NCBI GenBank assembly: GCA_963727455.1
Contig: CAVSGG010000003.1
Coordinates: forward strand, 1-64,000
DNA length: 64,000 bases
Source of the DNA: Candidatus Krumholzibacteriota bacterium
GTDB taxonomy: Bacteria > Krumholzibacteriota > Krumholzibacteriia > JAJRXK01
Reading direction: 5' to 3'
Shown here in pieces: positions 19,286 to 29,077 of this stretch. The stretch's first letter is position 1; each line of letters begins with the position of its first letter. The position numbers and the translations under genes are program-made. The notes beneath the pieces are model-generated. The model did not search any database. It was not told where the DNA came from and saw only the letters and a program-made list of their open reading frames with translations.

Positions 19286-19847
19286 CGCGGCCCTCCTCCT
19301 CCTCGGCCAAGCGCCTGGCTCGTACCGCTCCCGAACGGACCTCGCTGAGCGGATCGGAGAAGTGTATCGACGTTCCCGCCACCGGCCCCGCCGAGTGCAT
19401 GCGCGCATCGGGACCGCGCGTCTGCAGGCCCACCAGGTCGTCGTAGATCGACACCAGAGTGCCCATCACCGCGAAGGCCACGCCGATCTCCACCATCAAA
19501 ATGCCCACGTTACGCAAGTACACCGGCGACAGCCCGAAGGGAAGGTGATCGTACTGCAGGAAGTTTCCCCCGCCCACCTGAGCCAAAAAGCCCGTGCCCG
19601 CATAGATCAAAATTCCCAACACCCCGAAGGGAATTCCAAAGCGCGTGGCGAAGCCCGACTGCGAGCCCTTCTTCCCGAACACCACGCGCTGCAGGAGCAC
19701 GCTCCCCGCCAAAAGGGCCCCACCCTGAAAGCCCCCGCCCGGCGAATAATGTCCATGGAAGATGACGTAGAAGGCGAAGATCTGGATGAACGGCACCATG
19801 AAGCGCGTCACGACTTCGACGATGACGCTGTCCTTGGGGTGGATCAT
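19275..19847 (-). CDS. mrpB: Mrp antiporter subunit B (MnhB domain)
   Basis: GHYSPGGGFQGG motif. Confidence 0.9.
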   Translation of the reverse strand: MIHPKDSVIVEVVTRFMVPFIQIFAFYVIFHGHYSPGGGFQGGALLAGSVLLQRVVFGKKGSQSGFATRFGIPFGVLGILIYAGTGFLAQVGGGNFLQYDHLPFGLSPVYLRNVGILMVEIGVAFAVMGTLVSIYDDLVGLQTRGPDARMHSAGPVAGTSIHFSDPLSEVRSGAVRARRLAEEEEGRDAD

Positions 19848-19869
19848 TCGTTGCCGTCCTTCTCGCGCA

Positions 19870-20166
19870 TCATTCGTTCTCGTTCTCTTTCCGCCGACGC
19901 TCCGCGCGGAGCAAGAGGAAGCACGCCAGGCCCGCCGTGAACACCACGATGGTCTCGCCCAGGGTATCGAAGGAACGGTAGTCGGCGATCATCACGGTGA
20001 CGAAGTTCGGCGTGTGCGTGTCGTGGTAGCCGTGCTCGATGTACTGGTCGGACACGTGCACGGCGGCCGGCGCATCCGGATCACCGAACGCAGGAAGGCC
20101 GAGCCCGCCATACACGAGCACCGCTCCCACGCACAGAATTACCAGCACACCCAGGTACCGCGTCAC
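19870..20166 (-). CDS. MbhE-like Mrp subunit (split MrpA/B piece)
   Basis: PNFVTVMIADYRSFDTLGE motif. Confidence 0.85.
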   Translation of the reverse strand: MTRYLGVLVILCVGAVLVYGGLGLPAFGDPDAPAAVHVSDQYIEHGYHDTHTPNFVTVMIADYRSFDTLGETIVVFTAGLACFLLLRAERRRKENENE

Positions 20167-20175
20167 GAATCCGCC

Positions 20176-20421
20176 TCAATCCCGCGAACGGCGTCGCGTG
20201 TTGAATATGGCCACGATGAACAGGATCCCGGTCACTCCCGCGCCCAAAACCGATTCGTTGAATCCCACGTCCACCGCTCCCAGGGAAATGTAGAGTAGCG
20301 CGACCAAGAAGGAGAACAGACTCAGCACCGCCGCCGCGGCTAGAAGGTCGCGCACCCGCAAAGCCACCAACGCGGCCACGAGCGCGAGCACGAAGAAGAT
20401 CGCAGCGAAGTCGCCATTCAT
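20176..20421 (-). CDS. DUF4040/MbhD-like Mrp subunit
   Basis: RDLLAA..LS.FS..LGAVDVGFNESVLGAG motif; 3 TM. Confidence 0.82.
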   Translation of the reverse strand: MNGDFAAIFFVLALVAALVALRVRDLLAAAAVLSLFSFLVALLYISLGAVDVGFNESVLGAGVTGILFIVAIFNTRRRSRD

Positions 20422-20449
20422 GGCTGTTCTCCTGGGTGCGGCTCGACCA

Positions 20450-20770
20450 TCATGGTTTCTCCCCTTCACCCCGCAACTGCTTCAGCGTCACCGGCAACAA
20501 TCCGTTGTGGATCGCCGCCTTTCCCAGCGCATGCGTCGCGGCTGGATTGGCCAGAGCCACGAACACCACGATCAAGAGCATTTTCACGCTGCTCAGATCG
20601 AAACCGTGATAAATGGAGAGACCCAGCATGAGGGAAATCAATCCCAGGGTGTCGGGCTTGGTTGCGGCATGTGCGCGCGTGTAGAAATCGGGCAGGCGGT
20701 TCACCCCGATCGCGGCGATGAAGAGCAGGGCCGTCCCGATCACCATGAGAGTCTTGGCCACAAACATCAC
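20450..20770 (-). CDS. mrpG: Mrp antiporter subunit G
   Basis: G..RLPDFYTRAHAATKPDTLG, NPAATHAL. Confidence 0.92.
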   Translation of the reverse strand: MMFVAKTLMVIGTALLFIAAIGVNRLPDFYTRAHAATKPDTLGLISLMLGLSIYHGFDLSSVKMLLIVVFVALANPAATHALGKAAIHNGLLPVTLKQLRGEGEKP

Positions 20771-21036
20771 CGCGGCTCACCCCCCGTGGTGTCCAGGTAC
20801 TTCGCCATCACCAAACCGCCGCTGAAATTGAGCATCGCATAGGCGATGGCGATGTCCACGAACATGTCGATACGCCCGTAGATCTGGCCCACCAAACAAA
20901 TCAGGATCACCGTGTTGGTGCCCACCACGGAAATCCCCACCATGCGATCGTAGATCGTGAAGCCGCGCGCCACCCGCCAGAAAGGCAGGGCCAGGGAGAT
21001 CGCCACGAAAATGGTGATCCACTGCAAGAAACTCAC
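20767..21036 (-). CDS. mrpF: Mrp antiporter subunit F
   Basis: GTG start; RVARG.TIYDRMV, DIAIAYAMLNF.G. Confidence 0.88.
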   Translation of the reverse strand: MSFLQWITIFVAISLALPFWRVARGFTIYDRMVGISVVGTNTVILICLVGQIYGRIDMFVDIAIAYAMLNFSGGLVMAKYLDTTGGEPR

Positions 21037-21710
21037 AGGCCCTCCTCCACGAAGGCGTCCATGTCCCGCAGCACATCCAACTCCATTTCCTCCGAACTCA
21101 GAATTTCCTCCCCGAACACCGCCGCCACTTGCCTCTGCATCGAACCATCGATGAGTCCCGCGGCCAGGTCGGGACGGATGGCGTGCACCAAGAATTCGTC
21201 CCCGCGGATGCGCAGAGTGAAGGTCCCCGGAGTGAGCGTGATACTGTTTCCGAGCACCACCTTGGCCAGATCCCCTTGCATTCCGCAACGAAATCGAACC
21301 AGCACCGGGTCGATCTTCATCTTGGGGTTGATGACGATCCATGCCACTTGCACGTTCGCCAGAAGAATCTGCCACACGAGCCAGAAGGGATAGCGCAGCG
21401 CGCGGCCCATGCGCAGACCCTGGAACATCTCCCTCGAAGCCGGAGTTCCCGCACCGGTGAGGAGTTGGTGCGAGAGCAAAAAGACCAGTGCGATGGAGAG
21501 CACCCCGTAGCTCAGGTGCTGCAGATCGAACTTGCCCGAGAAGACCATCCACAAGAGGGCCAGGACTGCAATCAACAGGAAATAGAGACGAATCGGCGCG
21601 GTGCGATCGTTTTCGTTTTTTCTTCTCTGGCTGTGAGATGAGTGGATCATCGATGACAGAGAACCCGGGAGATCGCCCCCATGGAGACGAGATTCGCGTG
21701 TAACGCTCAA
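21033..21710 (-). CDS. mrpE: Mrp antiporter subunit E
   Basis: ILLANVQVA..P, LGNSITLTPGT, LVHA; true start may be further downstream (~21650). Confidence 0.88.
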   Translation of the reverse strand: MSVTRESRLHGGDLPGSLSSMIHSSHSQRRKNENDRTAPIRLYFLLIAVLALLWMVFSGKFDLQHLSYGVLSIALVFLLSHQLLTGAGTPASREMFQGLRMGRALRYPFWLVWQILLANVQVAWIVINPKMKIDPVLVRFRCGMQGDLAKVVLGNSITLTPGTFTLRIRGDEFLVHAIRPDLAAGLIDGSMQRQVAAVFGEEILSSEEMELDVLRDMDAFVEEGL

Positions 21711-21909
21711 TGTACCGCCAGCTCAGGACTCGAACAAGTGGGAACCCTGCACCAAGCGGGTTCCGTAGTTCCAAGGCCGAGCCCAAGGGGCGACGCGGAA
21801 GGCAAGGCCCTTCAACGAAGTCACTTGGCACGCGGCTCGCGACGGTTTACTCTAGAGTTAAGAGGCCGAGGGTCTCTTGCCGACCCTCGGACAACGAGAG
21901 GAGGCAGTC

Positions 21910-22668
21910 ATGGCACGCCTTTACCCCACTCTATTGGTTGTGCCTCTGCTCGCCGCATGCGCGTCGACTTCCCCGCAGGGACCGCCGGGTGATGTCTTCT
22001 ATCTTCACGGCATCGACTCGGACTACTCGGTCCGTGCGTCCGAACTTCACACCGAAAAATTCGAAGCGCTGGTACAGGATCTCCCCGGTGCGCTGCTCGC
22101 GGGCAACGAAGAGTTCACCGTGGCAGCCACGGTATTCCGCCGGGGTGAGAACGTCACCCTCGACATGATCGTCGCCAACCACTCCTCGCAAGAGCTGCGG
22201 TTGAATCGTGCCGACGTCTACATCTTCGATTACATGGGAAGCCGTCTTGCATCGCTCGACGAGTGGCCGGACGGACAGAACTACGGTCTACGCAAACTGC
22301 TCAAGCAGGAGGACGAGTACACTTACTTCGATCAGCCCCCCGAGTCGCCCCGCATCTACGGGCAGGAGAGTTCCAGCGCGAACACCCCGAACAAACCCGG
22401 TGCGAGCCGGGTGGCACCCGCCAATCCCGAGGCCCACTCCTCTTTGGAGGACAACTCCGCGGAACTGGACATGCTGACCAATCCCATCAAGGTGCGGCGC
22501 TTCAACGCATTGGCCCCCCAGACTCTGGTGGTAAAGCCCGGGGAAAAGAAGCCCTATTGGGCTTACTTCAAGAGCAAGGACCTGGTGTTTCCCGTGACGG
22601 CGATCGTGCGCCTCGAAGGGAAGCGCCTCATCTTCCGCTTCGAATCGCCGCGGAATGAGGCCGGCTAG
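21910..22668 (+). CDS. Hypothetical lipoprotein
   Basis: GAGGAGG RBS, lipobox LLAA-C. Confidence 0.7.
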   Translation: MARLYPTLLVVPLLAACASTSPQGPPGDVFYLHGIDSDYSVRASELHTEKFEALVQDLPGALLAGNEEFTVAATVFRRGENVTLDMIVANHSSQELRLNRADVYIFDYMGSRLASLDEWPDGQNYGLRKLLKQEDEYTYFDQPPESPRIYGQESSSANTPNKPGASRVAPANPEAHSSLEDNSAELDMLTNPIKVRRFNALAPQTLVVKPGEKKPYWAYFKSKDLVFPVTAIVRLEGKRLIFRFESPRNEAG

Positions 22669-24407
22669 AGCGAGCCGCGACGCGCGTTCAGGTAGGCTCG
22701 CATGTCCTTCAGTTTGCGGGTGTTCAGGACTTCGTCCCGTCCTAACCACCCCTTGCGCGCCATCGCCACCCCGAAGCGCAGGTCGGCCATTCCCTCCACC
22801 CGGTGCGCATCGGGTGCGATGCTGATCTGAATTCCCTTGGCGGCGGCCCGCCGCAAGAGCCGCCAGTCCAGGTCGAGTCGGCGCGGATTGGCGTTGAGTT
22901 CCACCGCGCAGTGGCTCTCCGCCGCCGCCTCCAGCAAGATGTCGATGTCCACTTCGAAGCCATCGCGGGCCAGCAGCAGCCGGCCGGTGGGATGTCCCAA
23001 AATGGTAGTGAAAGGATTCTGCACCGCGTGCACGCAACGTTTCGTTTGCTCTTTACTGTCCAGCCCGAAGCGCGAGTGCACGCTTGCGACGACGAAATCG
23101 AAACGCGCCAGTAGCTCCTCGTCGTAGTCCAGGGAGCCGTCCACCAGGATGTCGCTCTCGATTCCCTTGAAGATGGTAATGTCGTCGAGCCTCGCGTTGA
23201 GTTCATCGATCTCGTCGTGCTGGCGACGTACGTCGTCGGGGCTGAGTCCGTGCGCGTAGAACGCGCTCTGACTGTGATCGGAAATGCCGATGTACTCCCA
23301 GCCCAGATCGCGGGCGCCGAGCGCCATCTCCTCGATGGTGGCCGCCCCGTCGCTGTAGCGCGAGTGGTTGTGCAGCGCACCGCGGAGCTGTCCCTCCTCC
23401 AAGAGCTCGGGCAAGCGGTCCTTCTCGGCCGCGGCAACTTCGCCCCGGTCCTCGCGCAGTTCGGGGGGGATCTCCACCAGATCCAGGGCCTGAAAGATCT
23501 CAGCCTCGTTCGCGCAGGACACGCTGGGGCCGGAATCGTCGGCGGGAAACAGTCCGTACTCGTTGAGTTTGAGTTGCTTCAGCTTGGCCCGACCCCGCAA
23601 CGCCACGTTGTGTTCCTTGGAGCCGGTGAAGTAGACCAGCGCAAAGGGGAACTGTTCCTCGCTCACCACTCGCAGATCCACCTGCAGACCCTCGTGCAAG
23701 AGCACGGACGTCTTGCTCGGCCCGGTTCCCACCACGCGCTCCACTTCCTCGAGCGCGCAGAAAGCCTCCATGATGCCCGGCGCGTCGTCCTCCTTCGCCA
23801 CCGCCAAGAGATCGATGTCCTTGACGATCTCCTTGCGGCGCCGGATCGAGCCCGCGATTTCGCAGCGCCCCACCTTCTCCAGCCCGGCCACGCGTTCGCG
23901 CATCTTTTCCGCCAACTCCCAGGCGTCGCTCAAGAGGTAGTGCCCACGAAAGCGGTGCAGCCGGTCGATTCCCTTCAGGATGCTCTGCTGGGTTTTCTCG
24001 CCGAAACCGGGGAGTTCGAGCAAGCGGTTTTCGTTGCAGGCGTATTCCAGCTCGCCCAGATTCGTGATGCCGAGCTTTTCGTGCAGGACCTGAACCTTCT
24101 TGGGGCCCAGTCCCTGGACCTTGATCATCTCCAGAAGGCCCTCGGGGACTTCTTCCTTCAGTTCTTGAAGGGCCGGACTCTCGCCAGTATCGAGCAAGGC
24201 CTTGATCTCGGCCAACAGGCTCTTGCCCAGGCCCTTGATCTCCGCTAACTCGCCGCTCTTGAAGCCCTCGGCCAGGTCACCTTCGTAGTTGGAGAGGGCT
24301 CGCGCGCCGTTTTCATACGCGCGCACCTTGAAGGGATTCGCGCCCTGCAGTTCCAAAAGCAGCGCGATTTCTTCCAGAGCGGAGATGATGCTCTTGCGGT
24401 CGGTCAT
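22665..24407 (-). CDS. polX: DNA polymerase X with PHP 3'-5' exonuclease domain
   Basis: NPFKVRAY, GSIRR..KDIDLL, VDLRVV, YFTGSKEHN, PHP motifs LHNHS, SDHS, GHPTG, DAH. Confidence 0.95.
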   Translation of the reverse strand: MTDRKSIISALEEIALLLELQGANPFKVRAYENGARALSNYEGDLAEGFKSGELAEIKGLGKSLLAEIKALLDTGESPALQELKEEVPEGLLEMIKVQGLGPKKVQVLHEKLGITNLGELEYACNENRLLELPGFGEKTQQSILKGIDRLHRFRGHYLLSDAWELAEKMRERVAGLEKVGRCEIAGSIRRRKEIVKDIDLLAVAKEDDAPGIMEAFCALEEVERVVGTGPSKTSVLLHEGLQVDLRVVSEEQFPFALVYFTGSKEHNVALRGRAKLKQLKLNEYGLFPADDSGPSVSCANEAEIFQALDLVEIPPELREDRGEVAAAEKDRLPELLEEGQLRGALHNHSRYSDGAATIEEMALGARDLGWEYIGISDHSQSAFYAHGLSPDDVRRQHDEIDELNARLDDITIFKGIESDILVDGSLDYDEELLARFDFVVASVHSRFGLDSKEQTKRCVHAVQNPFTTILGHPTGRLLLARDGFEVDIDILLEAAAESHCAVELNANPRRLDLDWRLLRRAAAKGIQISIAPDAHRVEGMADLRFGVAMARKGWLGRDEVLNTRKLKDMRAYLNARRGSL

Positions 24408-24460
24408 GGCAGACTACAGGGTACGCCATCCGCGACCCGGCGCCCAGCGCGACGATGTCT

Positions 24461-26095
24461 TTACAAATCCAGCGTAATCCCCTGCCGCTGCAGCGCATTG
24501 GCCAGACCCAGCTTGTCGACCGCCTTCAGATAAGCCTCCATCGGCTCCACCTGCTTGGACTTCACCAGCGCCACCAGATGATCGTTGAGGGTCTGCATCC
24601 CCTGCTTGCGCCCGGTCTGCATGGAATTCTCGATCTGGAAAGTCTTGCCCTCGCGAATGAGGTTACTCACCGACGGCAGACCGAGCAAAATTTCCAGCGC
24701 GGCCACGCGACCGCCCCCGATTTTCTTGCACAGGGTCTGGGAAACCACCGCGCGCAGACTGTCGGCCAGCATGGTGCGCACCTGAGCTTGACGATCGGCC
24801 GGGAACTGATCGATCAGGCGGTCCACGGTGGACGCTGCGGTGGTGGTGTGCAGAGTGCCGAACACCAGGTGCCCGGTTTCGGCGGTCTCGATCGCGATTT
24901 CCACCGTCTCCAAATCGCGCATCTCACCCACCAGAACGATGTCGGGGTCCTCGCGCAGCGCCGCGCGCAGCGCCTTCTTGAACGAACCGGTGTGGACGCC
25001 CACCTCACGCTGGTTCACGTGACACTTCTTGTGCTGGTGCACGAACTCGATGGGATCCTCGATGGTGATGATGTGTTCCTCGCGCGTGCGATTGACGATG
25101 TCCAAGATGGAAGCCAGAGTCGTGCTCTTGCCGCTTCCGGTGGGACCCGTCGCCAAAACCAGTCCCTTGTTCAGGCGCGCCAGCTCCTGCACCACCGGCG
25201 GCAGTCCCAGCTTCTCCGCGGAAATTACTTCGTTGGGAATGGCGCGCAGCACCGCTCCGGGACCGACCCGATCGCAGAAGAGATTCACCCGGAAACGACT
25301 GACCCCCTCGATCGCGTAGGCAAAATCCGTATCGAACGCGTGCATGTACTCGTCGCGATTGCGCTGCGGCGTGATGCTGAAGAGCAGTTGCGTCATGTGC
25401 TCCGGAGTGAAGGGCGGCCTGTTGCCCTCCATGGGCCCAATGCACCCGTCCACGCGCAGGATGGGGCCGCACTGACAACTCAGGTGCAGGTCGCTCGCGC
25501 CCAGCTTCACCATTTCGCGCAGCAGTCCGTCCATCTCCTCGCGATACTTCGCCGGGATGTTGCTCGGGATCGCGTCCAGGCTCGAATCGACCCCTATCGA
25601 ATTCGCATTGACGGGTTTCGCGTGCGCCAGTTCGAAGGAAGCTGGCGTGGCCGTGGATTCGTTGGATTTCCCCCGGGCCTTCTCGGAAACCGGCCTGGTC
25701 GCGCGAGATTCCCGCTGGGCCTCCAGCGACACCGGCTCCACCACGGGAGTTTCCGCCTCTGCCTTCTCGGACACCGGCACCGCCGCACTCGACACCGTCG
25801 ACGACCACAAGCGGGCTACCACCTTGCCCGCCTCTTCCTCCAGCACGCCTTCGTAACGCTTTCCCTGCAGCTCGTAGCGGAAGTTGGCGCTGCGGTCGCG
25901 GTGGAACGATTCGATCTGCTCCGGACCAGCGATCTCGCTCACCAGCGAGGTGATTTGCTCCGCCTGCAGCACCTGTTGGCTGACCGGTTTGTCCGCGCCG
26001 TTGATGCGAAAGGAGGCGGGGGAGTCCGCCGTGAGAACCAGGGTGTCGGCGTTGTACTGCGCCATGGCCGAAAGGAATCGGTCGAGTTGAGGCAT
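24461..26095 (-). CDS. pilT: PilT-family twitching-motility ATPase with N-terminal extension
   Basis: ASDLHL, GPTGSGKSTT, ITIEDPIE, ALREDPD..VGEMRD, TGHLVFGTLHT, GMQT. Confidence 0.92.
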   Translation of the reverse strand: MPQLDRFLSAMAQYNADTLVLTADSPASFRINGADKPVSQQVLQAEQITSLVSEIAGPEQIESFHRDRSANFRYELQGKRYEGVLEEEAGKVVARLWSSTVSSAAVPVSEKAEAETPVVEPVSLEAQRESRATRPVSEKARGKSNESTATPASFELAHAKPVNANSIGVDSSLDAIPSNIPAKYREEMDGLLREMVKLGASDLHLSCQCGPILRVDGCIGPMEGNRPPFTPEHMTQLLFSITPQRNRDEYMHAFDTDFAYAIEGVSRFRVNLFCDRVGPGAVLRAIPNEVISAEKLGLPPVVQELARLNKGLVLATGPTGSGKSTTLASILDIVNRTREEHIITIEDPIEFVHQHKKCHVNQREVGVHTGSFKKALRAALREDPDIVLVGEMRDLETVEIAIETAETGHLVFGTLHTTTAASTVDRLIDQFPADRQAQVRTMLADSLRAVVSQTLCKKIGGGRVAALEILLGLPSVSNLIREGKTFQIENSMQTGRKQGMQTLNDHLVALVKSKQVEPMEAYLKAVDKLGLANALQRQGITLDL

Positions 26096-26444
26096 GGTGG
26101 AACTCCAGGTGGGCAAAGGTGGCCGTGAGTCGAATGTTCCGGGCGGCGGGCTCATGGTGCGGATTTACGACGAATCGCGCTGCGAGCAGCGCCGCCCGGA
26201 TCGACAGATTCCTGCAAGCGAGAGACCAGTCCCCCGATTGCGCGAGGGCCCTCGGGCCCGTCGCGTCAAGCTCCTCGCATCAATTCACTTAGGAGAGTAT
26301 TCGTCCCGAGTTCGCCGAGACGAACTCCGCGCCCATCTCCGGCGGAAACGGGCAAGGCGCACGCGCGCTCAGGCTTTTGCAAGGATCGATGGAGAATTCC
26401 GGCGCTATACGGTATTGGAAACTTCGAGTAGTTCGCGCGCTTGC

Positions 26445-27173
26445 TCAAACCTCGCGCGCGCGGATCTCGGCCTCGAGCCGCGCCTCCAGCTGCGGATCCG
26501 GCGGCTCCTCGTCCCCGGGTTTCCCCGCTTCGCCACGGGGCGAGGCGACGCGCGCCTCCAACTTCCGGCGCGAATTGCGGCGAATCCACGCCATGGCCAC
26601 CCACAGACCCAGAAGCACGGCCAACCCCGGCGCCACCCAGACCAGGATTGCGGTCCCGCGGAAGGGCGGCCGCCCCATGATCTCGTCGCCGAAAGTGGCG
26701 ATCATGTAGCGAGTGATGTCCTCTTCCTTGTGGCCCTCGAAGACCCACTCGCGCAGGTCGGCCCGCAAGAGCTCGGCCCCCGTCGAACCGCACGAACCCA
26801 GGGTGAGGCCGGGGCAGTAGGGGCTCATGTACAGGCCCTTCAAGTGCTGGTAGAGACGCTCGTTCATGGCCTCGCTGCGATGGACCAGCGCGCCGGTGGG
26901 ACCCGGCCCGGTCTTGGAGACGTTCATGTGGTGGTGGGCGGCGGGCTGGCCCGAGGTGGCGTTGGCGGGCGAAGCCTGGTCCGAGGACGAAGCCTGACTC
27001 GAGGACGAAGCGGCCGCAGAATCCGCGGGAGAACTCTGCGCCTAAGCCCCGGGGGCCACCACTACGAGAGCCAGGAGGGCTACAAGGGCCAGCAGGACGG
27101 GGCTCACGAAGGAGCGGAAGGTCCGGCTCTCGCGGGACTTCGAGAAGCAAAAGCATTGGCTCTGGATTCGCAT
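26445..27173 (-). pseudogene. CcmH/NrfF-like cytochrome c biogenesis protein with in-frame TAG at 27042-27044
   Basis: MSPYCPGLTLGSCGS.GAELLR..G..EEDI..FGDEI..PP..LVWVAP; an in-frame upstream signal peptide from ATG 27173 is interrupted by TAG. ORF 26445..26927 is the open remainder. Confidence 0.7.
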
Positions 27174-27398
27174 CGCGGTCTCCCGTCTGCCGCCGGCTAC
27201 CCGATCTCAATCCCCATTCCACGTACGGTCTCTGGGCCCACGATAGACACGAACCCTTCGCCTCTGCAACTTCAAGAAGAACATTCGCTCTGCCCGTTGT
27301 CCCCTGGGCCCGCAGGGGATACACTCCTTCTTCGACTTTCACTCCATTTCGCGCCTTTGCGCCCCGGATTGATCCGCGCCGGTAAGAGGATTCTCATC

Positions 27399-29036
27399 AT
27401 GCGATTCGTGCTGACCTACGAGGGCCAGATTCACCACGCCGATCTCGAAGAAGGCTCCTATCTCGTGGGCCGCGGCCCCGATACTGATCTACAGATTCCG
27501 GTGCGCACCGTGAGCGGACACCATGCCCGGCTGCGCATCGAGGGAGAGAAGGTCTTCGTGGAGGACCTCGGCTCGACCAACGGCACCGACATCGACGGTT
27601 CCAACCTCACTCCCACCCAGGGTGAGGTGGAGCTGCCCAACGGACGCACGGTGCGCTTTGCCGGCGTTCCCCTCTGGCGCGAGGAAAACTCGGGCAGCGA
27701 CGCCGCGGTCGACACGCATACCGGAGAGTCGATCCTCCATCATCTGAGCACCGATCAGAGCTTGATGACGCGTTCGCTCTTCCAGGTGGGTCAGCAGGAC
27801 TTCAGTGAAAAGGCTCAGAATCGCATCACCCAGATGCTCGGCAGTCTCTTCGAACTCATCGCCAGCGACGAATCCGACCAGGAGATGGGCACACGAGCCT
27901 GTCACTTCGTGAGCCGCTGGGTGGACGCCGACCGCGTCGTTCTTCTGGAAGATTCCGGGGAAGGCACGATGCCCGAGCCCAGCGCGCAGTGGACTCGCGG
28001 CGAGGAGAGCTCCGAGCGACTCCGTCTCTCCACCACCCTGGTCGACAAAGTCCTGAACGATCGCTCTGCAGTTTTGGTGAACGACGCCTCCGCCGGAGGG
28101 CAGTTCAAGGCCAGCGAGAGCATGGTGGCCCTGAACCTGCGCAGTGCGATGGCGGCCCCTCTCTTCGACAACCAGCGAGTGCGCGGCATTCTCTATGTCG
28201 ACTCCGCACGCAGTGGGATTCGCTACGGTGAGGACGAGCTGCAAGTGCTCAGCGCCACGGCCAACGCGGTCGCGGTGAAGATGCGCAATCAGAGTCTCGA
28301 AAAAGAAATTCGCACCGCAGCGCGCATTCAGACCGCGATGCTCCCCGAGGAACTCCCCGTGCTCGAAGGCTTCGAGCTCTTCGCGCATCTGGACATGTGC
28401 CGAGGAGTGGGGGGCGATCTCTATAATTTTCTGCCGCGCAAGGACGGTCGCACCCTGATCGCCCTGGGGGACGTCACCGGCAAGGGGACGCCGGCCGCCC
28501 TGGCCATGTCCGCCTGTATGGTGTTGCTCGACGCGCTGGCCGAGATCGTGGACGATCTCGAGCGGCTGGGCGACGTCCTGCACCGCAAACTCTTCGACAG
28601 TCTCTCCGCCGAACAGTTCGTCACCCTCTTCGCGGGCGATCTCGATCCCAAGAGCGGAATCCTCGAATACCTCAACGCGGGCCACGAACCACCGCTGATT
28701 GCCCGCAGCGACGGCAGGATCGACCAGTGCCCCTCGGCCGGTCAGCCCATGGGACTGTTGCCGGTGAACGTGGTGAAAAAGCAACAGATGCAGTTCGCAG
28801 CGGGGGACCTCATGGCCATCTTCAGCGACGGAATCCCCGAGGCCACGCGTGACGGCGAGAACCTCATGGGGCTGGATCCGGTGACGAAAATTTTGAAGGA
28901 GATGCGCTCAGCGCCGCTTCCGGAAATCCGGGACGCGATTTTACAGAAAGTCACCGACTACTTGGCCGGACGACACGCTTCGGACGACATCACCTTGATT
29001 CTACTCAGAAGAAAAGCCCAGGGCCCGCTGGAGTAA
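27399..29036 (+). CDS. FHA-GAF-PP2C (SpoIIE/RsbU-like) serine phosphatase
   Basis: FHA (VGRG, VSGHHA, DLGSTNGT), GAF (SAMAAPL..GILYVD), PP2C (VGGDLY, DVTGKG, NAGH, SDG, DDITL). Confidence 0.92.
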   Translation: MRFVLTYEGQIHHADLEEGSYLVGRGPDTDLQIPVRTVSGHHARLRIEGEKVFVEDLGSTNGTDIDGSNLTPTQGEVELPNGRTVRFAGVPLWREENSGSDAAVDTHTGESILHHLSTDQSLMTRSLFQVGQQDFSEKAQNRITQMLGSLFELIASDESDQEMGTRACHFVSRWVDADRVVLLEDSGEGTMPEPSAQWTRGEESSERLRLSTTLVDKVLNDRSAVLVNDASAGGQFKASESMVALNLRSAMAAPLFDNQRVRGILYVDSARSGIRYGEDELQVLSATANAVAVKMRNQSLEKEIRTAARIQTAMLPEELPVLEGFELFAHLDMCRGVGGDLYNFLPRKDGRTLIALGDVTGKGTPAALAMSACMVLLDALAEIVDDLERLGDVLHRKLFDSLSAEQFVTLFAGDLDPKSGILEYLNAGHEPPLIARSDGRIDQCPSAGQPMGLLPVNVVKKQQMQFAAGDLMAIFSDGIPEATRDGENLMGLDPVTKILKEMRSAPLPEIRDAILQKVTDYLAGRHASDDITLILLRRKAQGPLE

Positions 29037-29077
29037 GCCGCGGTGGCCGGCCTCGCGCCGGCGATACGAACTCGCGC

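Noticed and set aside
27042-27044. Genome-wide TAG recoding
   Set aside because: TAG ends fusA, ogt, def, polX and gltX at their expected C-termini.
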